Of a stretch of 63,882 nucleotides of DNA, positions 48,396 through 58,955 are shown one piece after another (the first letter of the stretch is position 1; each line of letters opens with the position of its first letter). The notes under the pieces are model-generated. The model had not been told where the DNA came from, did not search any database, and was given only the letters and a program-made list of their open reading frames with translations. Location of the stretch: NCBI GenBank assembly GCA_049999805.1, contig JBNGIO010006035.1, positions 67,587-131,468 on the forward strand, in the 5' to 3' direction. The translations under genes and the position numbers were made by a program. This DNA comes from Folioceros fuciformis. Its lineage: Eukaryota.

Positions 48396-50888
48396 ATGCG
48401 AAAACTAGAACAAGGGCCTTGGTATGTGAGGCTGTCGGATGCAGGCATTGGGCTGCTGCAGCAAAAACGGCAGCCGCTCGGTTTTGTCTCGCCAGCTAAA
48501 CATTTACTATCTGGAGGTGGCGGATATGTGGTGTTGGGGAGCTTCACGCTGGGGGCCCTGGGGCAGTGCTCTCCGGCCCCTGCTCCTGCTGCAGGAATTA
48601 GGTGTGGAAGTGTGCGGAGGGAGCGGCATGAGCTCTTGTGGGAAGGTTTCTTTCTTCATCCTGCAAGATTGTGGGACAGGAGGCCCGATAAGAGAAGGCC
48701 CCGGCATCCTGACTTCAGGCACAAGGCCACCAAGGAGCCTCTGTGGCTGAATAGTCCGCAGAAGCCTGGGTGGTTGGATGGAGAGCTGGCCAGGTGGGAT
48801 GCTGCGTTGGAGGGGCATTGTGCAGGGGCAGATGAGGGATCTGGGAGTGCTGCTACGAAGGGTTCTGTGAAATGTGAGGATCTTCCAGATGCAGCGTGTA
48901 GGCCGTCCCGACGCAATATTTTCTCATGGACTGCCACGATATCAGCACACATGAAACGGGGACGGTATCGAGACGCTCTGATAAGCTACAAGGAGATGCG
49001 CGGGGACAGCTTCCAGCCAAGCAAGTATCTTCTGCTGAGTTTGATGAAAGTGTGTGCTAGGCTAGCAGAACTGGAAGAGGGGAAGAGCATCCACGCAGAA
49101 GCTGTCGAGTTTGGCCACGGTTCGGACCTCATTGTGGGCACTACTCTTGTTGACATGTACGCTAAATGCGGGAGTATGATGGATGCTGAGCGTGTGTTTG
49201 ACACGTTGACGGAACGTGACGTGGTGGCCTGGAATGCCATGATCTCTGGGTATTCGCAGCAAGAGCAGGGCAAGAAGGCACTGCAACTCTATTCCCAAAT
49301 GCAGGATGGATCTGTGAGGCCAAATGAGCGCACATTTGTCAGTGCCCTCAAGTCCTGTGGGTGCCTGGCAGCAAGTGAGCAGGAGATGTTTGTCAGTGGA
49401 CAGTATGTCAAAGCAGATAGCCTTGCAAGGGGCCGGGAGATTCATGCTCAAGTTGTGAAACAAGGATGTGAATTGGGGTTGTTTGTTGGCACGACTCTGG
49501 TTGACATGTATGCTAAATGTGGGAGCATGTCAGATGCGCATAATGTGTTTGATAGGTTGCCTCAACGGGATGTGGTATCGTGGAGTGCAATGATTGGAGG
49601 GTATGCTCAGCAAGGACAGGGTGGAAAGGCTCTACTTCTGTACTCTCAAATGCTAGAGGTTGGTATAAAGCCAGATAATTGGACCTTTGTCAGTGTGCTT
49701 AAAGCATGTGCATGCTTGGCAGCGATCGAAGAGGAGACGTTCATGGGGAGGGAATCAGCCAGACTAGACTGCTTGGCAAAGGCTAAACTTGTGCACGCTG
49801 AAGTGGTGAGAAGGGGTTTTGGGAGGGATCTTTTTATTTGTAACAGTCTCATCCACTTGTATGGCAAGTGTGGCAGTATGGTGGATGCAGAGCAAGTTTT
49901 CAATAAAATTCAACATCCAAATGTGGTATCCTGGACAGCCATGATTGAAGGATACGCTGAGCAAAATCAGGTAGATAAGGCAATGGAACTCTATTCCAGA
50001 ATGAAGGGGCAGGGTGTGCAACCAGATCAGGCAGCGTTTCTCAGCATCCTTAAGGTGTGCAGCAACGTTGGAGCTCTTGACACATGCATGCAGATTCATC
50101 AGGACATAATAGACAGCGAAGTTGACTGGAGTGTGAACGCTGCAAGCAACCTTGTACATGCATACAGCAAATGTGGGAGCATAGTGAAGGCTCGTTGTGT
50201 GTTCGACAACCTGCCCAAGCAACACCCAGTCTTGTGGAATTCAATGATTGCAGCATATGCAAGGCATGGCGACTGTGCAAGCAGCTCGCAGTGTTTCTTG
50301 GACATGCAAAAGGCAGGTGTAGATCCTGATGGAATCACATTCATATCCTTGTTGGCTGCGTGCAGTCATGCTGGCCTAGTCGAGGAGGGCCTCGCCTTCT
50401 TCCATTCCATGAGCAATCTCTACAGCATTACGCCGACTGCTCGCCATTATGCGTGCCTTGTGGACCTCCTCAGCCGTGCAGGACTACTTGTGGATGCTGA
50501 GAATGTGCTCTTGACCATGCCCACTGAGCCGGACGTAACCATGTGGTTGTCTTTGTTGGGAGCGTGCCGGACTTACCAAAATGTAGAGCTGGGAAGGCGT
50601 GCCTTTGATGGTGTAGTCAAGTTGGACCCCAAATATGGAGCAGCCTATGTGGTTATGTCAAGCATGTATTCTCTAGCGCAGAGGTGGGAGGATGCTACGA
50701 AGATACAAGAGTTGAGACTAAGTGAACGAGCTTGGAAAACGACTGGTCAGAGCTGGACAGAGCACTTGGGAACTATGCATGTATTTGTGGTGGGAGATAC
50801 CAGACATCCACAGATTGAAGAGATCCATGCCAAAATAAGGCACCTCAATTTGCAAGAAGCATCCCGACATCTGGAATCGGCATTGTAA
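48396..50888 (+). CDS. PDF-motif + PLS-PPR (with elongated L motifs) + E/E+ protein, no catalytic DYW
   Basis: The N-terminal region has WEGFFLHPARLWDRRPDKRRPRHPDFRHKATKEPLWL, followed by a PLS array. The C-terminus is KTTGQSWTEHLGTMHVFVVGDTRHPQIEEI...*. Confidence 0.92.
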   Translation: MRKLEQGPWYVRLSDAGIGLLQQKRQPLGFVSPAKHLLSGGGGYVVLGSFTLGALGQCSPAPAPAAGIRCGSVRRERHELLWEGFFLHPARLWDRRPDKRRPRHPDFRHKATKEPLWLNSPQKPGWLDGELARWDAALEGHCAGADEGSGSAATKGSVKCEDLPDAACRPSRRNIFSWTATISAHMKRGRYRDALISYKEMRGDSFQPSKYLLLSLMKVCARLAELEEGKSIHAEAVEFGHGSDLIVGTTLVDMYAKCGSMMDAERVFDTLTERDVVAWNAMISGYSQQEQGKKALQLYSQMQDGSVRPNERTFVSALKSCGCLAASEQEMFVSGQYVKADSLARGREIHAQVVKQGCELGLFVGTTLVDMYAKCGSMSDAHNVFDRLPQRDVVSWSAMIGGYAQQGQGGKALLLYSQMLEVGIKPDNWTFVSVLKACACLAAIEEETFMGRESARLDCLAKAKLVHAEVVRRGFGRDLFICNSLIHLYGKCGSMVDAEQVFNKIQHPNVVSWTAMIEGYAEQNQVDKAMELYSRMKGQGVQPDQAAFLSILKVCSNVGALDTCMQIHQDIIDSEVDWSVNAASNLVHAYSKCGSIVKARCVFDNLPKQHPVLWNSMIAAYARHGDCASSSQCFLDMQKAGVDPDGITFISLLAACSHAGLVEEGLAFFHSMSNLYSITPTARHYACLVDLLSRAGLLVDAENVLLTMPTEPDVTMWLSLLGACRTYQNVELGRRAFDGVVKLDPKYGAAYVVMSSMYSLAQRWEDATKIQELRLSERAWKTTGQSWTEHLGTMHVFVVGDTRHPQIEEIHAKIRHLNLQEASRHLESAL

Positions 50889-51657
50889 ACTGGGATTACG
50901 GTTTAGGGTTTTGGGATTTGGGCGAGTCACACGTAAACCACCCACATTTAGGATTTTGGGGAATCATGTGGGCTGATGCGTGCCAAAAATCACACAAAGG
51001 ACAAAGCCTTTGCTCAAAGTGGCTCAAGAACTGGAAACAGAAAACTTCAATCGTTGTATCCCCTACGTGTCGTTACGGACCAGTTCAGAAAAGTGTTTTT
51101 GTTAACATTTAATTTCACCTACATTGAAAAAATATAACTGAATAAATTATATTATACAAGATAGAACTATTATAGAGTTTTCCTAAAAACATTGAATTCT
51201 TAAGGACCTTAATGTTCCTATTACGCGAAGACCCTTCAGTCCATCGGGGTTCACCCCGTATGAGTGGCCCATGTGCACCGGACTGAGTCGCTATGCGCCA
51301 TGGGGATTCCAAGTTGGAATACACGCCAGGGATGAGGATGTTATTTCGTGAGAGCACGATGAGTCTAGGCAGGTAAAACTTCTATCCGCCTGACAGGTGT
51401 AGGCCTCAATTTACCGGCATTTCATACTTGAGACCAAGGGAAAGGAAGACTGATGGCTCACTAGGCGCATATCCAGATATTAACATTCTACGGTTCGTGG
51501 ACTGGGCATCTCGTTGCCATGGAGCGGCATAAGTTGTGAAGGTATGTACAGTTCATCCAGACAAGTGATCCTGGAAGTCACCTTAACCATACCAAACTTA
51601 CGCATGAACCATCCCCGTACTTGAACAGTATACAGCTCTGAGGATGCCCCACTTGTC

Positions 51658-53496
51658 TCACCTGCCACGCTCCCGCTCAAAATTGACGCGGGTTCTGCCG
51701 GACCCACCTTCATATGCGTCTCTGGAGCCTCCACCACCACTTGCTCGCATGGTGCCGCCACCACCAATTTTATCCAAACCCTTCTTCCCCTTCTTCACCT
51801 CAGTCAAGAACTGGTCGAGACCGAAAGGATCTGCCTCCTCGGCATCCCGCTCAAACTCAACAGGTCGATCCCTCGGGCCTGGCCTTTCGGAAGCCCCTGC
51901 AAATCCTTTATCTGCTCTGAACCTGTCAGTCTTGAGATGATCATCGTTGGCAGGGGCATCGTTATCAGCATCTTTCCTAGGCCTGTAAAGGCCTCCAAGA
52001 CCTGAGTGAGACGAAAACAGACCCTTATCGTACACATTGTAGGAATCGTCCGCCCCAAAGCCAGACTCCATGCCCTGCTCCTGGTTGAACAAACGCTGAT
52101 CATACATAACCTCATCACCGCCTCCAGCAACGTGTGCCATACCAAGAGCGACCTTTTCACTGACGTCCCTGTCCCTATCTCTGGTGAGCTTGCTCTTTTT
52201 GCTGACAGGGCCATCTTTAGCCTCCAACCTCCGCTCCCTCTCCCTCTCTCTGCGCCTATCTTCCCTGATGGCCTCCCTCCTCTGCCTATCTTCCCGTTCC
52301 TCCTTGGTCTCCCTCACCCGGTCCTCCTTGCCAGGACCTCCCCTTCCACCATCCATCTCACCATGACCTCTCTCTCCTGCTCCTCCACCACCACCACCAC
52401 CTAACCCTCTCTCACCGCCTCCAGCAGAAGCTCCAGCTCTATCCCCACCAGCACTCGAACCACCACCTGCCCTTTCCATGCGAGCCCTCTGGGCCAACAT
52501 ACGCAGCTCCTGCTCCCTCTTCTCCTTCTCCTTCAAAATCAGCTCTCTCTGAATCTTCGACCTCGTCTCCACGGCTTCCCTAGCCTTCTGTTCTGCAACA
52601 TATAGCGCCTCTGAAAATTTGGCAAAGTTGTCATTGATCTGGACTTCTTGCAAACCCCTCCCATCTGCCGCCAAACGCTTGTCAAGCGGAATGGTGTACC
52701 CTTTCGGATTCTTCCAGTTAGAAATACACGGGGGGATCTTCCAATCCTGCTGATCCTTGACAGTCACCGGCCGAGGCGGGGAGTGCATAACCGGCACAGG
52801 AGGAGAGCCAGAAGCTTTAGGCACACGCTTATGCTTAAACTTAGGAGGCTCCAGGGGATCCTTGGGCATCTCCACCATTCGAATCACTCTCTCCTTAGCT
52901 CCAGAATTGAACGCCGCTGACTGCTGCGACGGCGTGTACTTGATGTAAGCCGGCTCCGTAGAATGAGACGGCAAGCTCTTAGGCTGCGCAGCGCTCAACC
53001 TAGCACTCACGATCTTCTCCAACACAGACTTCGTCCTCTCCGTAGTCTCCACCACTTCCTCCTCACCAGGTCTACCCGTGTCCACCTCAGTAGGCAGCTT
53101 CGGCACCAGATCCTGGTGCTGCGTAAACACCGTCTTGGATGCATTCTCCGCCTGTTTCACAACAGCATCGAAGGCGATATTCCCCGCCGCGTCCACACTG
53201 ACCGGAAGAATCTTGCTGTCCGGCCTCTCCTGCTTCCGGCCCATATTGAGCGGGTACTGCGCCACATGCACTTCCGGAAATGCTCCTCCATCTCCAAAAT
53301 CCTCAACCCTGCGCGGCACGAAGCCTGCCCTCTTCCCGTACGGCGGAGGCTCCTTGAACCTGATTGCAGCTGTGCCGGACCCCGGCTTGCCGACCTCAAG
53401 CCGCTCCTTGAACCAGGCATCCGCGGAGACATCGTAAGCCGGAGCCGCCCTGTGCTTCGGCTCCGGCAAATGCCCCAGCAGCTCCACCGCCGACAT
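51658..53496 (-). CDS. SKIP: SNW/SKI-interacting protein (Prp45), intronless
   Basis: FGDGGAFPEVHVAQYP, DPLEPPKFKHKRVP, PPCISNWKNPKGYTIPLDKRLAADGRG and YDQRLFNQ. Confidence 0.95.
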   Translation of the reverse strand: MSAVELLGHLPEPKHRAAPAYDVSADAWFKERLEVGKPGSGTAAIRFKEPPPYGKRAGFVPRRVEDFGDGGAFPEVHVAQYPLNMGRKQERPDSKILPVSVDAAGNIAFDAVVKQAENASKTVFTQHQDLVPKLPTEVDTGRPGEEEVVETTERTKSVLEKIVSARLSAAQPKSLPSHSTEPAYIKYTPSQQSAAFNSGAKERVIRMVEMPKDPLEPPKFKHKRVPKASGSPPVPVMHSPPRPVTVKDQQDWKIPPCISNWKNPKGYTIPLDKRLAADGRGLQEVQINDNFAKFSEALYVAEQKAREAVETRSKIQRELILKEKEKREQELRMLAQRARMERAGGGSSAGGDRAGASAGGGERGLGGGGGGGAGERGHGEMDGGRGGPGKEDRVRETKEEREDRQRREAIREDRRRERERERRLEAKDGPVSKKSKLTRDRDRDVSEKVALGMAHVAGGGDEVMYDQRLFNQEQGMESGFGADDSYNVYDKGLFSSHSGLGGLYRPRKDADNDAPANDDHLKTDRFRADKGFAGASERPGPRDRPVEFERDAEEADPFGLDQFLTEVKKGKKGLDKIGGGGTMRASGGGGSRDAYEGGSGRTRVNFERERGR

Positions 53497-54868
53497 CACA
53501 ACCATCAACGCAACGCTCCCACCAGCTCCAAATGCTTGGCAAGAGCGAACAATCGCAGCACTGACTCGCTGCAAACAACCCTAGGTCACACACCACGGGA
53601 GGTCTCACACCTCCTAATCCCTGCTCCTTAGCGACCACTTCTGCCGTTCAGGGCTCGGGGTGATTTCAGCTACGAAAGATATCCGGTACCTGCATATATA
53701 GCCGCATATATAATCTCGAATATAAAATATATAATCTCGAATGCCTGGTTGAACCCCTACTAACAAAGTGAAGATTAAAAAATAGCTGATTCAGAAAAAC
53801 TGCTTAAGAGATATGTAGTGTGATGTGCAGGAATTCTCATGTTATCAAATGAAGAGGACGCCTCAATATATAGTCTTATTATTTCTTGGTCTTTGAAATA
53901 AATAATTTTATATTTATTCTTGATTTTTGAAATAAAAAAGGGTTTAGGGAAATTATTATATATTTGTTCTTAGGCTTTAATTGGATAAGCTTAACACTTC
54001 TAACTTCAACTTCATTACCTTAAGATTTTTTTTGTCAAATCGACAAGGAGGAAACCAAGGCGTTATTGAAACCCATCTAACCCAATGTAGGGTTAGGTGG
54101 TAGCAACTAACCCTGAAAATACAAAATTAAATATATATTTTTCAAAACAAATGATTATTTGACAATACGCTGTTGCACCCGAGGAGTGTTCCAGCAGAAG
54201 AAACCTGTGACACAAGCAAGCACGCCTGTTGGAGCAGGAACATAAGGTGACTCAAGGATGCCTTGTTGGACGCAGGACTGCGAATGGGTTTCCTCTTGTG
54301 ACACTTGAAGTCCAGCTCTTACAAGGAGCTTTTCTGCTTCTCTATGGAAGAGGTCCTGTTGCTTATGTTTTGTGATGAGAGGAGAAAGGTGGCATGGACA
54401 CAGACTTTTATTAGTCCTCCCTCAGTGTATGGCTGGCCTGGTCTGAGGAACAGTGTCATTCGAATGTTTCTCGAACAAACATTCAAATGTTTTTGCTTCA
54501 TGGGCAGAAGCAAGTGGCAATATACTGGCAGGCAACATGTCACGGGTTAAATCAGACGCAGCCGGCATACATTTCTTTCACCAGGACGTTTCGGGTACGA
54601 CACAGGTTAAAATGGGTACACCGTCTGCCCCAGGGCTAGATCACCACCGGCAAATAGGGTGAGCACACACAAGGTCCTGGTTGAAGCCACCACACTGGAA
54701 TTGAAGTGACTGTAGATTGAAACAACACCTTGCAGGTCGTGAGCTTGGCCACGATGGACTGAGGAGCCCACATGGATAATATACACCGACTCGAGAGGGA
54801 AAGTGAAGCCTTCAAGTTCCAAACACCTGCCTCATCTCTAAACAATCTTTAATACTTTTCTGTACGTG

Positions 54869-56179
54869 TCAAGTGTCATCACCTGGGCTAGCCATAAGCA
54901 GCAACCTTTCTTCTGCCACGTGACTACCTGTCCTGGTTTTCTCCTCCGCCAACAGAGACTGAAGGTCACTACCATTGGCCAGGCTGTTGAACTCCACGGA
55001 CTTAGATGGCATTGACGGATAACGCCTTTGGCATAAGGTCATCAGTCTCTTGATAGACTGCAAATACTTTCTCGTAGTTTCGTCATTCATGATGTGCGCA
55101 ACGCTGTTGGTGTAAATCTTCTCTCGAGCAGAACGCTCGTGAATGCCAACCATAGTGACACCAATTGGCCATGGTGCATTGCCAATAGCAAGTTTGATGT
55201 ATTGGTCCATTGCCGTCAGGTAGTCTCTTTTCATACAGCAATTCACCACAATCATCAGCGCCTGGCGGATGTCATCTGGTAACATCTGCACACAAGCATA
55301 AAAGTGAGAACTCATTCCCGATCGACAAACCAGAACCAAACACAAAATGACCACACGTACCCGCTTCCTGCACATTTTGAAGAGTGGTTTAAGATACCGA
55401 GCACACTGCTTGAAAATAGCCACACTCGACTTGCCCCTGCCCGTTCTCCTCTCATTGTCCGGCCGGTCCTCCAGCTCCTGCTCCCATTCCTGGAGAAGAC
55501 GCTTGAAAAACACCAAAATCTTGTCCTCGTCCCCTAGGTCATCGAAATTACTCTTGAGTCTCTTGATGTCCTTATCTGTGTCAAGCCCCGAGGAGCCACC
55601 TCCACCACCCTCCTTTTCACCGCCATTGTCCGTATCCTCAGCATCCATCGTATCCTTTTCCTTGACATGCTTCCCTTTCTTCCCATGCAGCCGTCCGTGC
55701 TTCTCCCGCTTCTTCAATTCCGCCATGTCTGCTAGAAAGTCGTTCCTCTGCCCCTCCATCAACTCACTGTCGGGATCCAGCACCCCCTGCTTCAGCACTA
55801 ACTTCAACCTTGCCAGCCGCATGTCATCGTCCTCACCAAACAACGTGATCGGGGCCTTGAGAATCCTTAGCTGCCGTATAACCTCGCCGCGTGGTAAGAC
55901 TAAGTCATCGATTTTAGACTCCTCACTTGCCACTTCCTTCCCCTTCGCGGAACCCTTGGCCGAAGAAGGCAGCGATGGGGCATCTGAAGCATGTGCTGCA
56001 GCATCTGCTGCTCCGGCCTGCGCCTTCTTCGCTCGTTCCAAAAGCTCTTTCCGCTCTTCCTCCCTGATCTTCTCCAGCTCCCTTTGCTCGATCTCTCCTC
56101 TCTTCACAAACTTTCGGCCCCCAAAGTCCTGCTCAAACGCCTTCCTCTTCCGCGCCAGTTCCTGCTTCAAGACATCCAT
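54869..56179 (-). CDS. PRP18: Pre-mRNA splicing factor Prp18, one 75-nt intron (55286-55360)
   Basis: PRP4-like APITLFGE motif, plus YIKLAIGNAPWPIGVTMVGIHERSAREKI and AHIMNDETTRKYLQSIKRLMT. Confidence 0.95.
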   Translation of the reverse strand: MDVLKQELARKRKAFEQDFGGRKFVKRGEIEQRELEKIREEERKELLERAKKAQAGAADAAAHASDAPSLPSSAKGSAKGKEVASEESKIDDLVLPRGEVIRQLRILKAPITLFGEDDDMRLARLKLVLKQGVLDPDSELMEGQRNDFLADMAELKKREKHGRLHGKKGKHVKEKDTMDAEDTDNGGEKEGGGGGSSGLDTDKDIKRLKSNFDDLGDEDKILVFFKRLLQEWEQELEDRPDNERRTGRGKSSVAIFKQCARYLKPLFKMCRKRVRVVILCLVLVCRSGMSSHFYACVQMLPDDIRQALMIVVNCCMKRDYLTAMDQYIKLAIGNAPWPIGVTMVGIHERSAREKIYTNSVAHIMNDETTRKYLQSIKRLMTLCQRRYPSMPSKSVEFNSLANGSDLQSLLAEEKTRTGSHVAEERLLLMASPGDDT

Positions 56180-56561
56180 GACCAAAATTTCTCCGACCAC
56201 CACACTTCCAGGTTGGAATATAGAATACGTTACAGTGTAGGTTACACTTATAGATCATCTCATGCGCCTGTGTCTCAATTTCCGATCCAATAAATGCTTC
56301 TCCCGTTTGTAATCCCCCGTGGCATGACGTCCCCATCTTCCGCCATCATCTCTCTTCACCCTGGTGTGGCGTCTCGGCAAAACGTCCACGCCCAGTTTTG
56401 CCGAGACGCACTTATTGGATCGGAGATTGAGACGCAGGCCATACACGCTCGAAACTCGAAGATTTCGAAACCTAGACCAGAAAAACTCCTAAAAAAGTGA
56501 TATTAAATTACGAATGTATGGCAAGAATGAGATAGGTCGTCCCAGACCTGTTCCACCTCTA

Positions 56562-58955
56562 CTAAGGGAGGTCCGCTCTTAAGGAGTCCCCAGGTTTGTG
56601 GTCATTGGACTCACGGCTCTCAGCCACTGGAGGTAGAGAGGGTGGAAAAGCATTTCGCTGAGAAATTTCCCCAATCAAGGGTTGAATGAACTGATACCCT
56701 AGTCCTGGAGACTGATCTGGTGTCCCCGTTCGGTTCAGAAATCGCTTGATAAGGCCTCTCAGGAACGGGGCCATTGTGTCTGGCTCGTACTCGTGGTAGT
56801 ACATCACCGCTCCCATGCAAAGGCAGAACAGAGCTATCTGCGGTTGGAGGATGAGATGTGTGAGCAACTGAGCAAGCTGGCGAGGTTAGCATGAAGGAGC
56901 TGCTTAACAGACGGAGAGAAGATTGGGAAGGAGGTAGGAACCGTACTTCAGCATGCTTCAAGTCAGGCAATAGGTGCCTGTTAACTAAAATGTACCACAG
57001 CGAGTCCGCTGCACGAGGAAGTGTGTAGAGGGCCAGTTCGGATCGCCTGCTCTTCTTCTCTATAAGCGCTGAGAGAGCAGCAATAGCGCCAGCAAACATG
57101 TAGGTGAGCTTGTGATCCTTTACCAAAAACTTCCTTTGCCAGCAAATGACTGCCTGTGAAAGGGACAGATCCACTCGATCAGTTGCACGGACATAGTCAT
57201 CAGTTTCCAACCAACTGAGAAAACTCTCTTTCAACCAGTCATCCAGGTCGGAAAGGGCTACCTGATAAATTCCCACGAAGGCGGAAAGGAAAGATGTTGA
57301 CCTCAGAGCGCTCTTCAGGGCATTCCAGCAAGTATGGAGAGGAGCTTGCATGAACTGAAAGGAAACTCTTTTGAGTCAGATCTAAAAACACCTGACTATG
57401 ACATAATAAACCAACATGTCCATCCAACTCACCTTCTGGATGTTGAGTATCACGAACGGAACAAGGGTGAGGGATAAATAGAGAGGAAATGTCTTGCGGA
57501 AAGTTGCTCGTGTTGCCTTCACGTTGTGCAGCAAACAGGAAGCAGTCTCCGGGTGAACACTTGAGCACGGAATGACAGGCATATTTGTGTCCAGGCCTAC
57601 AGGTACCCGCCCCGTTCGGGCTTCGATGTAAGCAGCTAAAGCTCCAACATCCACAGGGCCACCACGGCAGCTCTCACGAACAGCCTTGTACACAGGCTTT
57701 GAAATTGGTCCAGTCTTGGAAATGAAATCCGTGTAGGACTTCGGCAAGGTCTCTGGGCGCATGACAAACGCGTACATAATCTGCAACATTTTGAAGTCTT
57801 CCATCACACTTCCACCTAAATCGAAAAGGCGCACAGAAACCAAAACCAAGTCCTTCCCCGCACCTGTGCTGAAGCCAAGGCAAATAGTAAAGTGTCGCCA
57901 TGCTGCCACTGACTTCCCCAGAAGTGGAACTTGTTCTGAGCCTTTGCAGAGTTGTATGCACACTACACAGCCATCATCCACACAGAGGTGAGGCCTCGCC
58001 ACAGCAGAGCTGTTCGTGCGAGGAGCTGAGATATCCGTATGAACATGTATACGCCCAAAGCACAGTTCCCTGACTACGAATGGTTTATCACCGTCCACTC
58101 ATCACCGTTAAGCTGCCAAGAGCTAGGTGATGAAGTACCTGTCCAACGCGAGCCAGCAGGTACAGAGCGAACGTGCGTCGCTTGCTGGAATCATCCAATG
58201 AAATAACAGACAAGCCAGCTACCGCTCCAGCAACAAATCTGTTCACGTCTAGCACATAGTCAATCAGCTGAAATATACCGGCATGGCTTCACCGCTCAAA
58301 CAAAGGTGGAGCTATGCGATGGCAGGATCATTACGCATTCAAAGGAGTCTCCTTTCCTCGTGCCCGGCGCAACAGGCACCTGATGCCATGAAAGGCACCT
58401 GTAAAACCTCCGAACAGCAAACCAATGCGAACAGCCTCCTCCCTAACAATCAAATTGTTTTCCGACAGAAGCAGCTGGAGCAGCACAACAACCACACATC
58501 TCAGAGAGAGAATCATCGGACATCGCATCATGCAGTCTGAATGACTATCACACGCCTTGCTGCAAAGAAGACGAGAGCAGCAACTAGCCAACCTTCAAAT
58601 CCAGAAAAGAATGATAAGGCCGCTTTTTAGCCAGTTTGAAAGCTCTCAACAGCACGCCTATCCCAACCCTTACACCGTACGCCAGCAGAAAGCTCTGACA
58701 CAGGCTTCCCACAGCATTGGCCACGCATGAATCTCCATGCTGACAAAGGGGATGCCTGCCACTCTGGAATAGCGCCTCAGTATCCTTGGTAACATGAATT
58801 CGCCTAAGCTCTTCTACCGCATCCCGGAATCTCCTCTCCGCCTCCTTGAGCCGCCTGTCCGAGTCCGCCTTCCCAACGCCAGTCCTCAGCGACTCCTCCT
58901 CAGCTGAAACTCCGGTCCCCTGTCCCAAGCTCTCCGCTGACCGCTTCATGTCCAT
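56562..58955 (-). CDS. TMEM135-family membrane protein, multi-exon
   Basis: SCVANAVGSLCQSFLLAYGVRVGIG, VREEAVRIGLLFGGFTG, QIMYAFVMRPETLPKSY, EKKSRRSELALYTLPRA and LFCLCMGAVMYYHE. Confidence 0.88.

Noticed and set aside
50900-50925. Telomere-like tttaggg tract
   Set aside because: It has only one exact unit plus degenerate ones, too short to call.
51658-56179. SKIP and Prp18 adjacency as a functional splicing cluster
   Set aside because: Two neighbouring housekeeping genes in a gene-dense genome are compatible with chance.
55347-56240. 297-aa Ser-rich plus-strand ORF
   Set aside because: It is the antisense shadow of Prp18.
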